A DNA stretch of 64,000 nucleotides, from assembly GCA_030614005.1 (NCBI GenBank), contig JAUWKS010000002.1, forward strand, positions 96,101-160,100, written 5' to 3'. Position 1 is the first letter of the stretch. The number at the start of each line of letters is the position of its first letter. This DNA comes from Candidatus Heimdallarchaeota archaeon. GTDB taxonomy: Archaea; Asgardarchaeota; Heimdallarchaeia; JABLTI01. This document shows, in pieces, positions 7,189-17,367 of this stretch. The notes beneath the pieces are model-generated. The model was not told where the DNA came from, ran no database searches, and saw only the letters and a list, made by a program, of their open reading frames with translations. Made by a program: the position numbers and the translations under genes.

Positions 7189-7893
7189 TTACTTGAGTTC
7201 TTTTAGAATTATTCTCGCATCTACTCCGTATACCCCATCTTCATTAGCTATTACAGGATTTAAGTCAATTTCTTTGATATATTTGTCTAAATCAATAGCT
7301 AATTGGGATACTTGAACAATCATTTCAGCTAATGCATCTCTATCTACTGGAGGTAATCCTCTAAATCCATTGAGCAATTTTTGTGTTTTAATTTCACCTA
7401 TCAGACGCAAAGCACGTTCTTTTGTTGTTGGACACACTCTAAATGAAACATCACCTATTGCTTCAACTAAGATCCCTCCAATGCCAAATGCAACAACAGG
7501 ACCAAAAGTTGGGTCGATATTCATTCCGATAAGAATTTCGGTGCCTTTCTTCACTTGCTTTTCAACAAGAATACCAACTAAGTCATGTTTTTTCAAACGT
7601 GATTCCATATCATTAAATTGGTTTTTTAGAGCTTCGTCAGAATCTATGCCTATTATAACTGCTTTATAGTCTGATTTATGTAGAATTTTTGGTGACATTG
7701 CTTTAATTACAACAGGGTAACCAATTTTTTTTGCAAAGGTTACAGCTTCATCAACATTTTTCACTAGTTTATTCGGTGGGAAAATAACACCAATGCTTTC
7801 AAAAACTTTGAGTGCCTCATGCTCTAAAAGGAAATAACGTCCTTCGTTATAAGCTGTAGCAAAAGGTTCTGGTATTTTATTTGTATCTACCAT
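7189..7893 (-). CDS. acdB: Acetyl-CoA synthetase (ADP-forming) beta subunit, ATP-grasp domain
   Basis: 234 aa with ATP-grasp pattern (KKIGYPVVIKA...ILVEKQVKKGTEILIGM...). It sits immediately downstream of the alpha subunit gene on the same strand. Confidence 0.7.
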   Translation of the reverse strand: MVDTNKIPEPFATAYNEGRYFLLEHEALKVFESIGVIFPPNKLVKNVDEAVTFAKKIGYPVVIKAMSPKILHKSDYKAVIIGIDSDEALKNQFNDMESRLKKHDLVGILVEKQVKKGTEILIGMNIDPTFGPVVAFGIGGILVEAIGDVSFRVCPTTKERALRLIGEIKTQKLLNGFRGLPPVDRDALAEMIVQVSQLAIDLDKYIKEIDLNPVIANEDGVYGVDARIILKELK

Positions 7894-7907
7894 TTTTTTT
7901 CCTCCAA

Positions 7908-9335
7908 TTATTTTGGCGTCTCCCTAATTACTGGCAATTCTTGCCCATGTGTTCGCAGATAATCTGCGTATTCAGTTAATATACCAATTCCATAAACAGA
8001 TCGTGCCGGTGTTGGGTAAAATGGAAAATTCATTTGCTCCAATTCCTCTCGAATATAAAGAGCTTCTTCACCACCTATCGCACAGAAAGTAACCGTTTTA
8101 TTGATGCTCTTTGCATATGGTTTCAAACCTTCCATTAATTCCTTTACATTAATTGCGGGAGGAGTTGGTATGATAATGAAAGTAATTGAGTCAACCGCAG
8201 GGTCGTTTATTGTTTGTTCTAAAGCATAAAGATACTCTTTTGCCGTTGCACTTCCTGTTAAATCAATAGGATTTGCAACTGAGAAATATGGCGGTAAATC
8301 TTCCTTCATTTTCTTTTCAATTTCAGGGGATAAATCAGCCAGCTCTAAACCTAAAAGTCCAATAGCATCTGAAGCCATCACTCCTGCACCTCCTCCATCA
8401 GTAATCACAAGAACTTGATTTCCTTTTGGTAGCAATGTACTATTGAATGCTTTCATACAATCAAATAGATTATCCCAAGTATATGCTCTTATAATTCCTG
8501 CTTCTTTGAAAAGTGCCTCTGTAACATCATCATTAGCTGCTAGAGAAGCGGTATGACTGGCAACAGCTCGTGCTCCGGCTTCTGTTCTATTAGCTTTAAT
8601 TGCAATAATCGGTTTCTTTAGTGAAACTTTTCTTGCGGTTTCTATGAATCTTCGTCCATCTTTAAAACCTTCAAGGTAAATAAGAATAATCTTTGTTTCA
8701 GGGTCTTCGCCAAAATATTCTAGTATATCAGCCTCATTGATATCTGAGGCATTCCCAAAGCTAACAAATTTTGAGAGATAATTACCTTTCCCTAAAGAAC
8801 CCATAATATCTAGGAATGCAGATCCAAATGCTCCGCTTTGTGATAAAATTGATATCCCTCCTTCTGTAGGTCTTTTTAGTTTTTCTTCTGGCAAGAAAAC
8901 CATATCTAAACCTCTTTTTGGATAGAATAAACCAATACAATTTGGTCCTATAATTCTAATATCATGTTCTTTGGCAATTGTATCTATCTGTTGTTGTAAT
9001 TTTATTCCTTCTTCACCTATTTCCTTAAAACCACCGGATATTATCGTAACGGATTTTACTCCCTTTTTAGCGCAGTCTTCCATTGCAGCAGGAACATATT
9101 TTGCTGGAATGATAATTGTTGCAGCTTCTACAGGTCCCTCTACTTCTTCTAAGGTTTTGTAAACAGGTTGTCCTAGAATCTCTCCTCCTTTATGATTGAC
9201 TAAGATTGTTTTGCCATCAAAATTATTTATGAAATTTTCAGCAATAACAAAACCTGGTTTGTCCTTAGAAGCAGATGCACCAAAAATAGCCATACTCTTC
9301 GTTTGGAAAAATTTATGCAAAGGATTTTCAGTCAT
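7908..9335 (-). CDS. acdA: Acetyl-CoA synthetase (ADP-forming) alpha subunit (CoA-binding + succinyl-CoA synthetase-like domains)
   Basis: 475 aa. An N-terminal CoA-binding Rossmann motif (SMAIFGASASKDKPGFVI) and the CoA-ligase/flavodoxin-like domain match the NDP-forming acyl-CoA synthetase family. It pairs with the beta subunit gene. Confidence 0.8.
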   Translation of the reverse strand: MTENPLHKFFQTKSMAIFGASASKDKPGFVIAENFINNFDGKTILVNHKGGEILGQPVYKTLEEVEGPVEAATIIIPAKYVPAAMEDCAKKGVKSVTIISGGFKEIGEEGIKLQQQIDTIAKEHDIRIIGPNCIGLFYPKRGLDMVFLPEEKLKRPTEGGISILSQSGAFGSAFLDIMGSLGKGNYLSKFVSFGNASDINEADILEYFGEDPETKIILIYLEGFKDGRRFIETARKVSLKKPIIAIKANRTEAGARAVASHTASLAANDDVTEALFKEAGIIRAYTWDNLFDCMKAFNSTLLPKGNQVLVITDGGGAGVMASDAIGLLGLELADLSPEIEKKMKEDLPPYFSVANPIDLTGSATAKEYLYALEQTINDPAVDSITFIIIPTPPAINVKELMEGLKPYAKSINKTVTFCAIGGEEALYIREELEQMNFPFYPTPARSVYGIGILTEYADYLRTHGQELPVIRETPK

Positions 9336-9572
9336 ATTTTAAACTACTTCCAAATGTATACTTCTTCGTTTTTTTTAACTGAGTTACAAGTGAACCCGAA
9401 ATTTAATTATAAACTTTCGCTCTTTTAAGATTTTTTAAGGACAAAAAAACGACTTTTAATGATGTAATTCTTTCAGTTACCTCTGTCCATCGTGAAACTT
9501 TTAAAAAAAGAGGAAACTTACATCTATTAAGAATTCAATTGATCGTTAAATAAAGATAAGGCTGTGTAAGAA

Positions 9573-10397
9573 ATGTCCCAAATTATAGCATTATTAGATA
9601 AAATAAAAGTCGAATCTAGTTCAAAAGATAAGCAAACAAGTGGAGTAATTTTAGGTGGAGAATGGATTGAATTTTCAAAAACAAAGATACGAAAATGTCT
9701 TATCGCAGCCCATTTAACACGAAAAGTTGTAGCTACTGCTGTGAAAGAAAAAGCAGAAATTATCATTACAATATACCCTCCCTCATTTACACAAACCGAT
9801 TCGAATGAAATACCTCCAACTAAAATGGAATTATTACAGAGACTTGTTCAGAACAAAATTGCCGTTTATTCTTTAGGCGAAAGCTGGCTATTATCAGAAC
9901 AAGGAGGGTTTGATTATTTCTTACGTATGCTTGATTTCGATTATCGGCATAAAATGAAGATTGATTTCATTGATGATTTACACAATAAAAGAACAGCTGT
10001 GTGTAGATATGGTGAAAGGAAAAACAAAATTCAATTAAAAGATTTGGTTCAACTTCTGTATCAATATTTGGAATGCCCCTTCAAATATTCTGGGTATAAT
10101 CAATCTTCAATTAAAGGAGTTGTGCTTTTCAATGAAATTATCAATAAGGACATTATCTGCAAAATCAAGGAAAATGCAAAAATTAATGCAGTAATTTTTG
10201 GTGATATTGATTACGAATCTTTACAGAGCTTACAATTAAACAGAATATCCTATATTCATCTCTCACGCAGAATTTTAGAAAATGCATTGTTGGGAAAAAT
10301 AAGAAGAAGACTAATGGAAGAAATATCTGTAGATCTCCCTGAATTAAAAATTCTCAAACAAGAAGAGTTTGGAACAATCTTCAATGGAAAAATCTAA
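9573..10397 (+). CDS. Nif3-like (YqfO/NGG1p-interacting factor 3 family) dinuclear metal-centre protein
   Basis: 274 aa; N-terminal SGVILGGEW...IRKCLIAAHLTRKVVATAVKEKAEIIITIYPP resembles the Nif3 family. Assignment is from pattern only. Confidence 0.45.
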   Translation: MSQIIALLDKIKVESSSKDKQTSGVILGGEWIEFSKTKIRKCLIAAHLTRKVVATAVKEKAEIIITIYPPSFTQTDSNEIPPTKMELLQRLVQNKIAVYSLGESWLLSEQGGFDYFLRMLDFDYRHKMKIDFIDDLHNKRTAVCRYGERKNKIQLKDLVQLLYQYLECPFKYSGYNQSSIKGVVLFNEIINKDIICKIKENAKINAVIFGDIDYESLQSLQLNRISYIHLSRRILENALLGKIRRRLMEEISVDLPELKILKQEEFGTIFNGKI

Positions 10398-10403
10398 CTT
10401 TTC

Positions 10404-11318
10404 TTAATCCATAGATTTCCTCAACACTGCAACGATTTGATCAGATTCAATAAGCATTTGACCTAGTTTTGGCCGTTTCTTGCTTAAGCCAACAAAGGTA
10501 CACTTTCCATTTATTTTCTTAAATACAATGAAAGTATTCTTTTTCAGTTGTAATATTGTGGAACTTATTTCATCTCCAGCATCAAGTTCTTCAGCAATTC
10601 GCTCAACTGAACCCAAGATAACATTTGCAGAAAAGTCCACTAAGGGTGGAAGTTCTCCTACTTCATATATGGCCAATCCATCTTTAGAATAAACAGCAAG
10701 ACCACTATAACTGGAGTCTTTCACAAAGCGAGTTAGATATTGTTTAATCGAAACTTGATCATCCATTTCTTTCATCAGCATATCTTTAAATGCTAAATAA
10801 GTTGAAGCGTCAAAAATACTCGTTTCATGGATAAAGATATCTAAACCAGGAGTAATAAAGAGATTTTTTGTTGCACGAATAATATCAGAAGCATTATCAT
10901 TTTCAGCGAGTAAATCTACTTTGTTAAGGAGAAGAAATACCCGTGCATCTTTACTGAATTTATGCAAGTGTTGTACAAACACATCAAACCAATATTTAGC
11001 TATTGAGTAGCTTGATTGTTCGGTAACATCTAGTACAAAAACTAATGCTTGAACATGTTGATATATAGGGTCGCTATCACGATTGATTACGTCTTGGATA
11101 TTATTCTCGCCACCACACGGGAGAAACAGTACACGTTGTTGTAAAACATCTCGTAAAGTATTACCTATATCTAATCTTTCTATTGCAGCTTTCATCTCCT
11201 TGGGAGGATTATTATTAACAACAACAGCTTTGATTGTTTTTACACCTGCACCAGGTAGACCTGTTATTAAAATTTTTTTGGGATCGTCTTTAGAAACGGA
11301 CAAGGCATTCACCATCAA
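10404..11318 (-). CDS. Rag/Gtr1-like small GTPase with C-terminal roadblock/longin-like domain
   Basis: 304 aa with P-loop ITGLPGAGVKT and G4 motif LLLNKVDL. The ~120-aa C-terminal extension matches the family that is expanded in Asgard archaea. Confidence 0.6.
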   Translation of the reverse strand: MMVNALSVSKDDPKKILITGLPGAGVKTIKAVVVNNNPPKEMKAAIERLDIGNTLRDVLQQRVLFLPCGGENNIQDVINRDSDPIYQHVQALVFVLDVTEQSSYSIAKYWFDVFVQHLHKFSKDARVFLLLNKVDLLAENDNASDIIRATKNLFITPGLDIFIHETSIFDASTYLAFKDMLMKEMDDQVSIKQYLTRFVKDSSYSGLAVYSKDGLAIYEVGELPPLVDFSANVILGSVERIAEELDAGDEISSTILQLKKNTFIVFKKINGKCTFVGLSKKRPKLGQMLIESDQIVAVLRKSMD

Positions 11319-11474
11319 TAAGCGGATAAATTATTCTTTAATCTCTTTATTTTAAGCTTCTTTCCTAAAAAAACATTATTACTGAGGTAAACAAAAACCA
11401 ACTTTATTTGACAAAAAATAAGGAAAATAGATGTTCAGCGTTAAAAAAGCTGAACAAAACAAAAAGTGAATGAA

Positions 11475-12158
11475 TTACGTTTCTTTTTCTTTGCGTAATT
11501 CTTCAATTTCTTTAGCTAATTCAGATGAGCGGATATCAGGAGTAGGCAATCCGGTTTCAGCACCCAATCCAATTTCAGTGCCTATTTCACCCATTATTTT
11601 GTCTACATCAGTTTCATCCACATCCAATGACATCATGTCCTCAAAACCTTCATCCATCATATCAGTGGTCATTTCAATTCCTTCAAAGGAGTTTTCTAAA
11701 TCACTAATTAAAGAAGAAATTTCAGGTGCATTTAGTGTAGCATTTACTTCACGAAGAGCTCCAGCCATTCCTTTCAGTTCACCAGCGAGTTGTTGAACAG
11801 AATCAGCTTGTTCTAATCTGAAAATTATTCCTTCAATACGGGTAGTTAAACGAGTGTAACTGTACACCCATTTACGATTTCTAGCTACATTAGAAGCATA
11901 AAGTCGTGCTTGATCCATTAATCCCTTACGCATAGCTTCACGTGTTTTACGTTGAATCTTAGCTTCATCATTTTCAAGTTTCCTTGATGTTCGGGATAGT
12001 CGCTTATTTACCATTTTCAAATCAATAATATAATCTCGAGTAGATTTACCGCCGCCTAACCAGCGAGCGAATTTTCCAAATACCATAGTTTTTTCCAACC
12101 TTTTTTTCTGGTAACACATTATTTTACATTCACTAAAAAAAAGCTTTCTAAATAACAA
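11475..12158 (-). CDS. ESCRT-III (Snf7/CHMP-family) protein
   Basis: 227 aa coiled-coil protein with a basic N-terminal half and an acidic C-terminal half (…DEGFEDMMSLDVDETDVDKIMGEI…), as in Snf7/Vps2/CHMP proteins. Confidence 0.7.
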   Translation of the reverse strand: MLFRKLFFSECKIMCYQKKRLEKTMVFGKFARWLGGGKSTRDYIIDLKMVNKRLSRTSRKLENDEAKIQRKTREAMRKGLMDQARLYASNVARNRKWVYSYTRLTTRIEGIIFRLEQADSVQQLAGELKGMAGALREVNATLNAPEISSLISDLENSFEGIEMTTDMMDEGFEDMMSLDVDETDVDKIMGEIGTEIGLGAETGLPTPDIRSSELAKEIEELRKEKET

Positions 12159-12386
12159 AAATGCTTCTTTTTGGCAATCTTTACGTCTTTAAGATTCGCT
12201 TTAGCTATTATTAACATAATAACATATTTTTAACTTTTGATTTAGCACTAGTGAATTACCTTGAAAAACCAAGTCTTTGGAGTTCTAAGGAAGTTTATCA
12301 GAACTAAAATTTCTTTTTTTTCGAATGCAAACCTTTTTTAGTTTTTTTTACCTCCTTGTCTATATACTAACTATAGTTCGGAGCTG

Positions 12387-13199
12387 TTGATAAAAATGGT
12401 TAAACCCGGTTCAATTATCGGTGGATTTATTATTGCAATTTCAATTGCATTACAAGTAGTTACCCTGTTGGAAATTGCTCAATTTTGGTGGTTATTATTC
12501 ATCTGGGGATCTGGAATTATTGCAGGCGGATTTTATATTTGGGGTGGTACCGCTTTTAGCGAAAATGAAAAAATGGAGCACTTCACGATATCTGGTATTG
12601 GATTTGGTGCGATTATTTCTCTTACGATTTATTTCATACTCTTCCAATGGGATAATATTGTAGATAGCCTTGCACTTGCAAATGATAACTGGGTTATTGG
12701 TGCAGTAGGATTTTCCACCATAGCGGCAATTATGGCTGCGGCATCCTTCTTATTCATCATAACAGGCACAAACAAACAAATGAAAGGTGTAAAACCAGGT
12801 GCCATTATTGGTGGTATTTTAATTAGTCTTTCTTTGACCTTACAAATTGTTGTTGTAATACACATTAGAAAGGCATATTGGTTACTAGTATTCTGGTTTG
12901 TAGGATTAATTGGTGCTATTGCACTCAGCACAGGTGCTCGAGCACGCGGCTATAATAGTCCAACATCATTTGTTATCGCTGGAGTATTCATTGGCATACT
13001 GCTGTTTGGTGTACTGTATTGCACACTATCGAGCAATGCTATTAACGCAATAGATACAATGTCAGGGAACGCAGCTAGTGCACCATCGCATGATGGTTTG
13101 CCTACATGGTTGGCACCATTGCTTTCTTTTGTTTCAGGAGTAGTAGCTTTTATGGGAGTACTATTTTCTGCAGCATCCCTCCCAAAAAGAGGCTATTAA
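12387..13199 (+). CDS. Polytopic membrane protein with internal duplication
   Basis: 270 aa containing two homologous halves (VKPGSIIGGFIIAISIALQVVTLLEI vs VKPGAIIGGILISLSLTLQIVVVIHI). Confidence 0.45.
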   Translation: MIKMVKPGSIIGGFIIAISIALQVVTLLEIAQFWWLLFIWGSGIIAGGFYIWGGTAFSENEKMEHFTISGIGFGAIISLTIYFILFQWDNIVDSLALANDNWVIGAVGFSTIAAIMAAASFLFIITGTNKQMKGVKPGAIIGGILISLSLTLQIVVVIHIRKAYWLLVFWFVGLIGAIALSTGARARGYNSPTSFVIAGVFIGILLFGVLYCTLSSNAINAIDTMSGNAASAPSHDGLPTWLAPLLSFVSGVVAFMGVLFSAASLPKRGY

Positions 13200-13355
13200 G
13201 GAAGTTTCTCTTCCTTTTTTTCTTTTCTTTTTACATAGGAGAGGAAACAAAGAAATTAAATACACTTGAAGCTTTTTTGAACGCATAATGAATTGAAGTC
13301 AAGGATACTAAGATTAGATAGTATTCTCTAACATTACATACTGTGAGGAAATGAT

Positions 13356-13871
13356 TTGCCCAAAGCAAAAAGTTGTCATTTTAAATATGGATGCCTAGGA
13401 GGCACCTTTGATAGGTTACATGGTGGCCACAAACTTCTGCTGGAAGTTGCTTTTGAATTATCTGAGAAAGTACTCATTGGTATAACGAGTGATAAACTTG
13501 CACGAAGAGGGAAAGAGGTTCCAGAACTTATTTATCCATTCGACAAACGGGCAAGCGATGTAAGAGAGTATCTACATTCCTTAGGTATAGTTGACGATAG
13601 AATAGATATCAGAGAGTTATCCAAAGCAACACAATATGCAGATGATAACCCCAACTTAGAAGTTATTGTACTCAGCCCTGAAACGTATGGCAAGCTTCTC
13701 GAGATAAATAATCTAAGACGGGAGAATGAAATTAAAGAGCTTGTTGCAATTGCTATTCCGTATTATAGAGACGAAAGTGGAAAAATAGTTAGCTCAAAAA
13801 CTTTTAGGGAATTAGAGCTCCAACTAAAAAGACAAATAAAAATGAAAAATGATGATGCTGAGCTTTCTTAA
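13356..13871 (+). CDS. coaD: Phosphopantetheine adenylyltransferase, archaeal type (cytidylyltransferase-like fold)
   Basis: 171 aa with the nucleotidyltransferase motif GGTFDRLHGGH; size and motif fit archaeal PPAT. Confidence 0.65.
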   Translation: MPKAKSCHFKYGCLGGTFDRLHGGHKLLLEVAFELSEKVLIGITSDKLARRGKEVPELIYPFDKRASDVREYLHSLGIVDDRIDIRELSKATQYADDNPNLEVIVLSPETYGKLLEINNLRRENEIKELVAIAIPYYRDESGKIVSSKTFRELELQLKRQIKMKNDDAELS

Positions 13872-13874
13872 AAC

Positions 13875-16643
13875 TCAGAAGAAATCATCAAGAGATCTAA
13901 TGCCAATTATTTTTTCAAAGGAAACACCAACTGGTTCCAAAACTTGTTTTAGAGTTGATTCCATTTGAGCTAGATATTTATCAATAGCAATATCAGAAAT
14001 ATTGGCAAGTTCTATTGGTTTAACACCAAGTCCACCTGATGTTTTCACAAAAGAAATCAAATCGCCGGCACCCAACTCTTTACCAGTTGTTTCTAGTAAT
14101 ATTCTAGCAGCTTTAACATGTTGAGGTGTTGTTTTAATGTACTGCGCAAGAGATTTGTTTAACTGTACTCGAAATACAAGGTCTTCAATGGGTAATTTTC
14201 TATTTTTGAGGTCTTTGTAGCATTGTTGTACTCGTTCTTCTATTTCCGTTCTTGCACCCTCAATATCCTCTTCAACCTTTATTTCACTTAAAATCTGAAC
14301 GATATCATTAAAGACATCTTTGAGGAAAGTTGGAGTATTTCGTTTTTTGCCCAATAATCCTTTGACATCAACCTTTCCATCGTGATACACACCAAGATAG
14401 TTTTTCTTTCTATCAGATAATGCCAAGTATCGGTAATTCTTTTCGACATCAAGGTCAATTTTGAGATGTTCATCACTCCATTGGATGAGCTCTTTTATTT
14501 GATCTTTTGTGGGACTTTTTAGGAAGACAGAATCGGTATCACCATAAATAACAGGAATGCCCATTTCCGTACATTTCGCAATGGTATCAGTAATAGCCTT
14601 TCTACCAATGGCTGTTGTTGCTTCTGCTAGAGGTGGACAATAAAATGGAAAATGAGCAGCACCAAAAACACCATAGGAAGCGTTAATAACGACTTTTAAA
14701 GCAGATTGAATGACATTATAAAAATTCCTAGTATTTTCATCAAGTGATTTATCTTTGGTTTTAGGTTTAAACCAATCAACTCTTATATCTCTAATAAAGC
14801 CAATCAAAATTGCCATAAGTCCTTTATTTTTGGTACAGACCCAGTGGTCTGTGTCCGGTATCATTTTCTTATTCTTTTGGCAGCTTTCGTGCGTACAATT
14901 CATTGTTTCATAAGAGAGATTCCAGATTTTGATAATACTTGGATACAGGCTTGCAAAATCCAAAACGGTAACATCAAAATGAATACCTGGCGAAGGAGAA
15001 ACAACAATAGCCCCTTTGTATTTCTTTCCTTTAATCATCGCGCTCGTTGTTGAATCACCCCGAGAGCCAATAATCTCCTCAGGACGAGGTATGAGGTAAT
15101 TTCTATGACGATGTTCAGAGAAGAGCCAGTTTCGTATCCAAGTAGAAACTGCTTGGCGTGTTATGTCCTCAAAAGGCATGCCAGTTATACGCATAAGCAT
15201 AATTATTAAGCGCATTGTAAGGCTGTCATTAAAAGTAGTTAATTCGAGAGTAATTTTACTATCCCAATAATTATAGTAAGCAAGCTCATAACAATTTAAC
15301 AGACCGATGTCTTTATCCAATGTAACTTTGTGATTCTGAAGCAAAGCAGAGGTAATAGCATCTAAAGAACTAACATTATATTTACCACCATAGGCATACA
15401 CTTTGATTGCCGCTTGATTGAAAAATTTGTAAGCGTCAAAATGAATGGCATTCCGAATGGAATAGTAATCTCTATTTTCAATTAATGGATTATCTTTAGA
15501 GTCTATTTTCAAACGATTCGCTCGGTTCCGAAGATAAGGTAAATCAAAATTATCACCATTGAATGTTATAATAACAGGGTAGTCTTTCATTAACAGGAAC
15601 ATTTTCAGAAGAAGCTCTTTTTCATCGTCAAAGAATTCCACCTTAACATCAGGAGCAAGCTCCTTTGGACGAGTGCCACGAGAAACATCATCTCGTTGTA
15701 AAACAAGAACAAATTTAGCACCATCATTACCCACTAATGAAACGGAAATCACTTTTTCGAGGGCTTTTGTAGGATCAGCAATTCGATCCATGTTTTTAGT
15801 ATATACTTCAATATCAATTGCTGCGCGCTTGATGTGGGGGACTCGAGTTAAAAACAAAGGCAAATAAATAGGAATAAGCTCTTGCACTTCTTTGGGAGAA
15901 TCTTTGAATAACTCTTTGATTTGAGCTTCAACTTTTTTGTCTAACTTTTGAACAGCGGGCTCCAGATGACCATCTTTTAATTGATAAAACATTCCCGGAT
16001 AAAGCTTCAAATCATACAAGTAGTTCTTATGATAACGAATATTTGCTTCCCAAGCAGCAGGCAACTTTTCTCGGAGACTATCATATCTACCACCGATTGC
16101 TAAAGGGTCAGTAACGACTATTTTAGTCATATTTACATCTTTGTCAGTAAGTAGATTTTTCATTTGAACTTTCTTGTAGGCGACGATTTTCTTAAAATTC
16201 TTAACAGAAGAAATTTGTTGTAGTTGCTCTACGGTTAAATCTGTAAGCAAATAGGGTTTATGGCCAGTACTATCATAATAACCAATTAAGCGATTAGATC
16301 GCTCATCTAGTAAATAGAGAAATCCTTTGCCACTTTTTCCTTCATAGATAGACTGGAAAAGACAACTAGGGGGAGAATTTTTTGGACAGTACTCTACAGG
16401 AGCACCCTCATGGATAATCTCAACATCTGCATCAACACCCTCTTTCTCAAATTCAGAGATATCATCCGCCTCCTCTGAATCAACAATAGCTTTTGACGAA
16501 GCTGGTTCCTGATCTTTAGGGGAAGAGCTGCTAGGTTGTTTCTTTTCTTTTTTGAGAGATTCTTTTTTCTTCTTGTCCACTTTCGCTTCTTTTTTGGATG
16601 CTGCACCAAAAAATGAGTCCAAGGAAGGTTGTTCTTTTGACAT
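13875..16643 (-). CDS. polB: Family B DNA polymerase
   Basis: 922 aa. Exo I (IDIEVY), polymerase motif A (LDFASLYPSII), motif B (KVVINASYGVFG) and motif C (YGDTDS) are all present. There is a K/E/S-rich low-complexity N-terminal extension. Confidence 0.9.
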   Translation of the reverse strand: MSKEQPSLDSFFGAASKKEAKVDKKKKESLKKEKKQPSSSSPKDQEPASSKAIVDSEEADDISEFEKEGVDADVEIIHEGAPVEYCPKNSPPSCLFQSIYEGKSGKGFLYLLDERSNRLIGYYDSTGHKPYLLTDLTVEQLQQISSVKNFKKIVAYKKVQMKNLLTDKDVNMTKIVVTDPLAIGGRYDSLREKLPAAWEANIRYHKNYLYDLKLYPGMFYQLKDGHLEPAVQKLDKKVEAQIKELFKDSPKEVQELIPIYLPLFLTRVPHIKRAAIDIEVYTKNMDRIADPTKALEKVISVSLVGNDGAKFVLVLQRDDVSRGTRPKELAPDVKVEFFDDEKELLLKMFLLMKDYPVIITFNGDNFDLPYLRNRANRLKIDSKDNPLIENRDYYSIRNAIHFDAYKFFNQAAIKVYAYGGKYNVSSLDAITSALLQNHKVTLDKDIGLLNCYELAYYNYWDSKITLELTTFNDSLTMRLIIMLMRITGMPFEDITRQAVSTWIRNWLFSEHRHRNYLIPRPEEIIGSRGDSTTSAMIKGKKYKGAIVVSPSPGIHFDVTVLDFASLYPSIIKIWNLSYETMNCTHESCQKNKKMIPDTDHWVCTKNKGLMAILIGFIRDIRVDWFKPKTKDKSLDENTRNFYNVIQSALKVVINASYGVFGAAHFPFYCPPLAEATTAIGRKAITDTIAKCTEMGIPVIYGDTDSVFLKSPTKDQIKELIQWSDEHLKIDLDVEKNYRYLALSDRKKNYLGVYHDGKVDVKGLLGKKRNTPTFLKDVFNDIVQILSEIKVEEDIEGARTEIEERVQQCYKDLKNRKLPIEDLVFRVQLNKSLAQYIKTTPQHVKAARILLETTGKELGAGDLISFVKTSGGLGVKPIELANISDIAIDKYLAQMESTLKQVLEPVGVSFEKIIGIRSLDDFF

Positions 16644-16836
16644 TTATTCGCCTCTTCAATCTAGGAAGTACAATCTTATAATGACAATCCCATTTTACTG
16701 TAGAAATGAAATTAACTGTCTTATAGTTTAGTCTATCCCTTTTTAGATTTTTCACTAAAATGTTCTTGCGGAGTTATTTAGAGGACGCGTATTCGCTAAA
16801 AAGCGGTCTTTAAATTACTTTATCAATTATTCTAAG

Positions 16837-17292
16837 TTGAGAGAAATGAAAAACGACCAAAGCTCAGATTTAGGGTTTATTCTATTCTTGATTTTTGCAG
16901 GGATAATGCTTATACCGTTATATTTTGGTGTGAGGGATATCGCTGAATTAATACGAATAGGAAAAATAGCGCTCATCATAGTAGTAGTTTTGGCAGTTAT
17001 AATATGTGGTGTAATAGGTGGTTTCTACTTTCGACGGAAAATCAAAAATAGTAGACGAAAGAATTCGAAAGGGAAAACCAAAAATAAAAAAGAAGAAGAA
17101 TCATCGAAATTACATTTCAAGGGAAATGATAATGTGTCAATAATACGACCAACAATAGAAGATGAAGGATTCCTATTAGAAAATGACGAAATAATCGGAG
17201 AAACTATTGAAGAGATCATTCAGATAAATAATCATAAAGAAACAGAAGAAGATCGAAATTTAGAAAACCTTAATAGAAATTTCAATGGATAA
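16837..17292 (+). CDS. Small membrane protein with charged C-terminal tail, hypothetical
   Basis: 151 aa with two TM helices followed by a K/E-rich tail. Confidence 0.4.
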   Translation: MREMKNDQSSDLGFILFLIFAGIMLIPLYFGVRDIAELIRIGKIALIIVVVLAVIICGVIGGFYFRRKIKNSRRKNSKGKTKNKKEEESSKLHFKGNDNVSIIRPTIEDEGFLLENDEIIGETIEEIIQINNHKETEEDRNLENLNRNFNG

Positions 17293-17367
17293 AAAAATAG
17301 CTCTTATTCTTAATAAAAGAATTTTGTAGAGAAAAAAGCACAAGAAAAATACCTTAAAACATATACT

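Noticed and set aside
7370-7669. Plus-strand 99-aa ORF
   Set aside because: It is antisense inside the ATP-grasp (acdB) gene, so it is spurious.
13875-16643. PolB as a casposon-type protein-primed polymerase linked to the Cas1-like gene
   Set aside because: The PolB is 18 kb from the Cas1-like gene, on the other side of the tRNA and a surface-protein array. It has a housekeeping neighbourhood (coaD directly upstream). No terminal-protein-type insertions were seen, so it is treated as the chromosomal replicative PolB.
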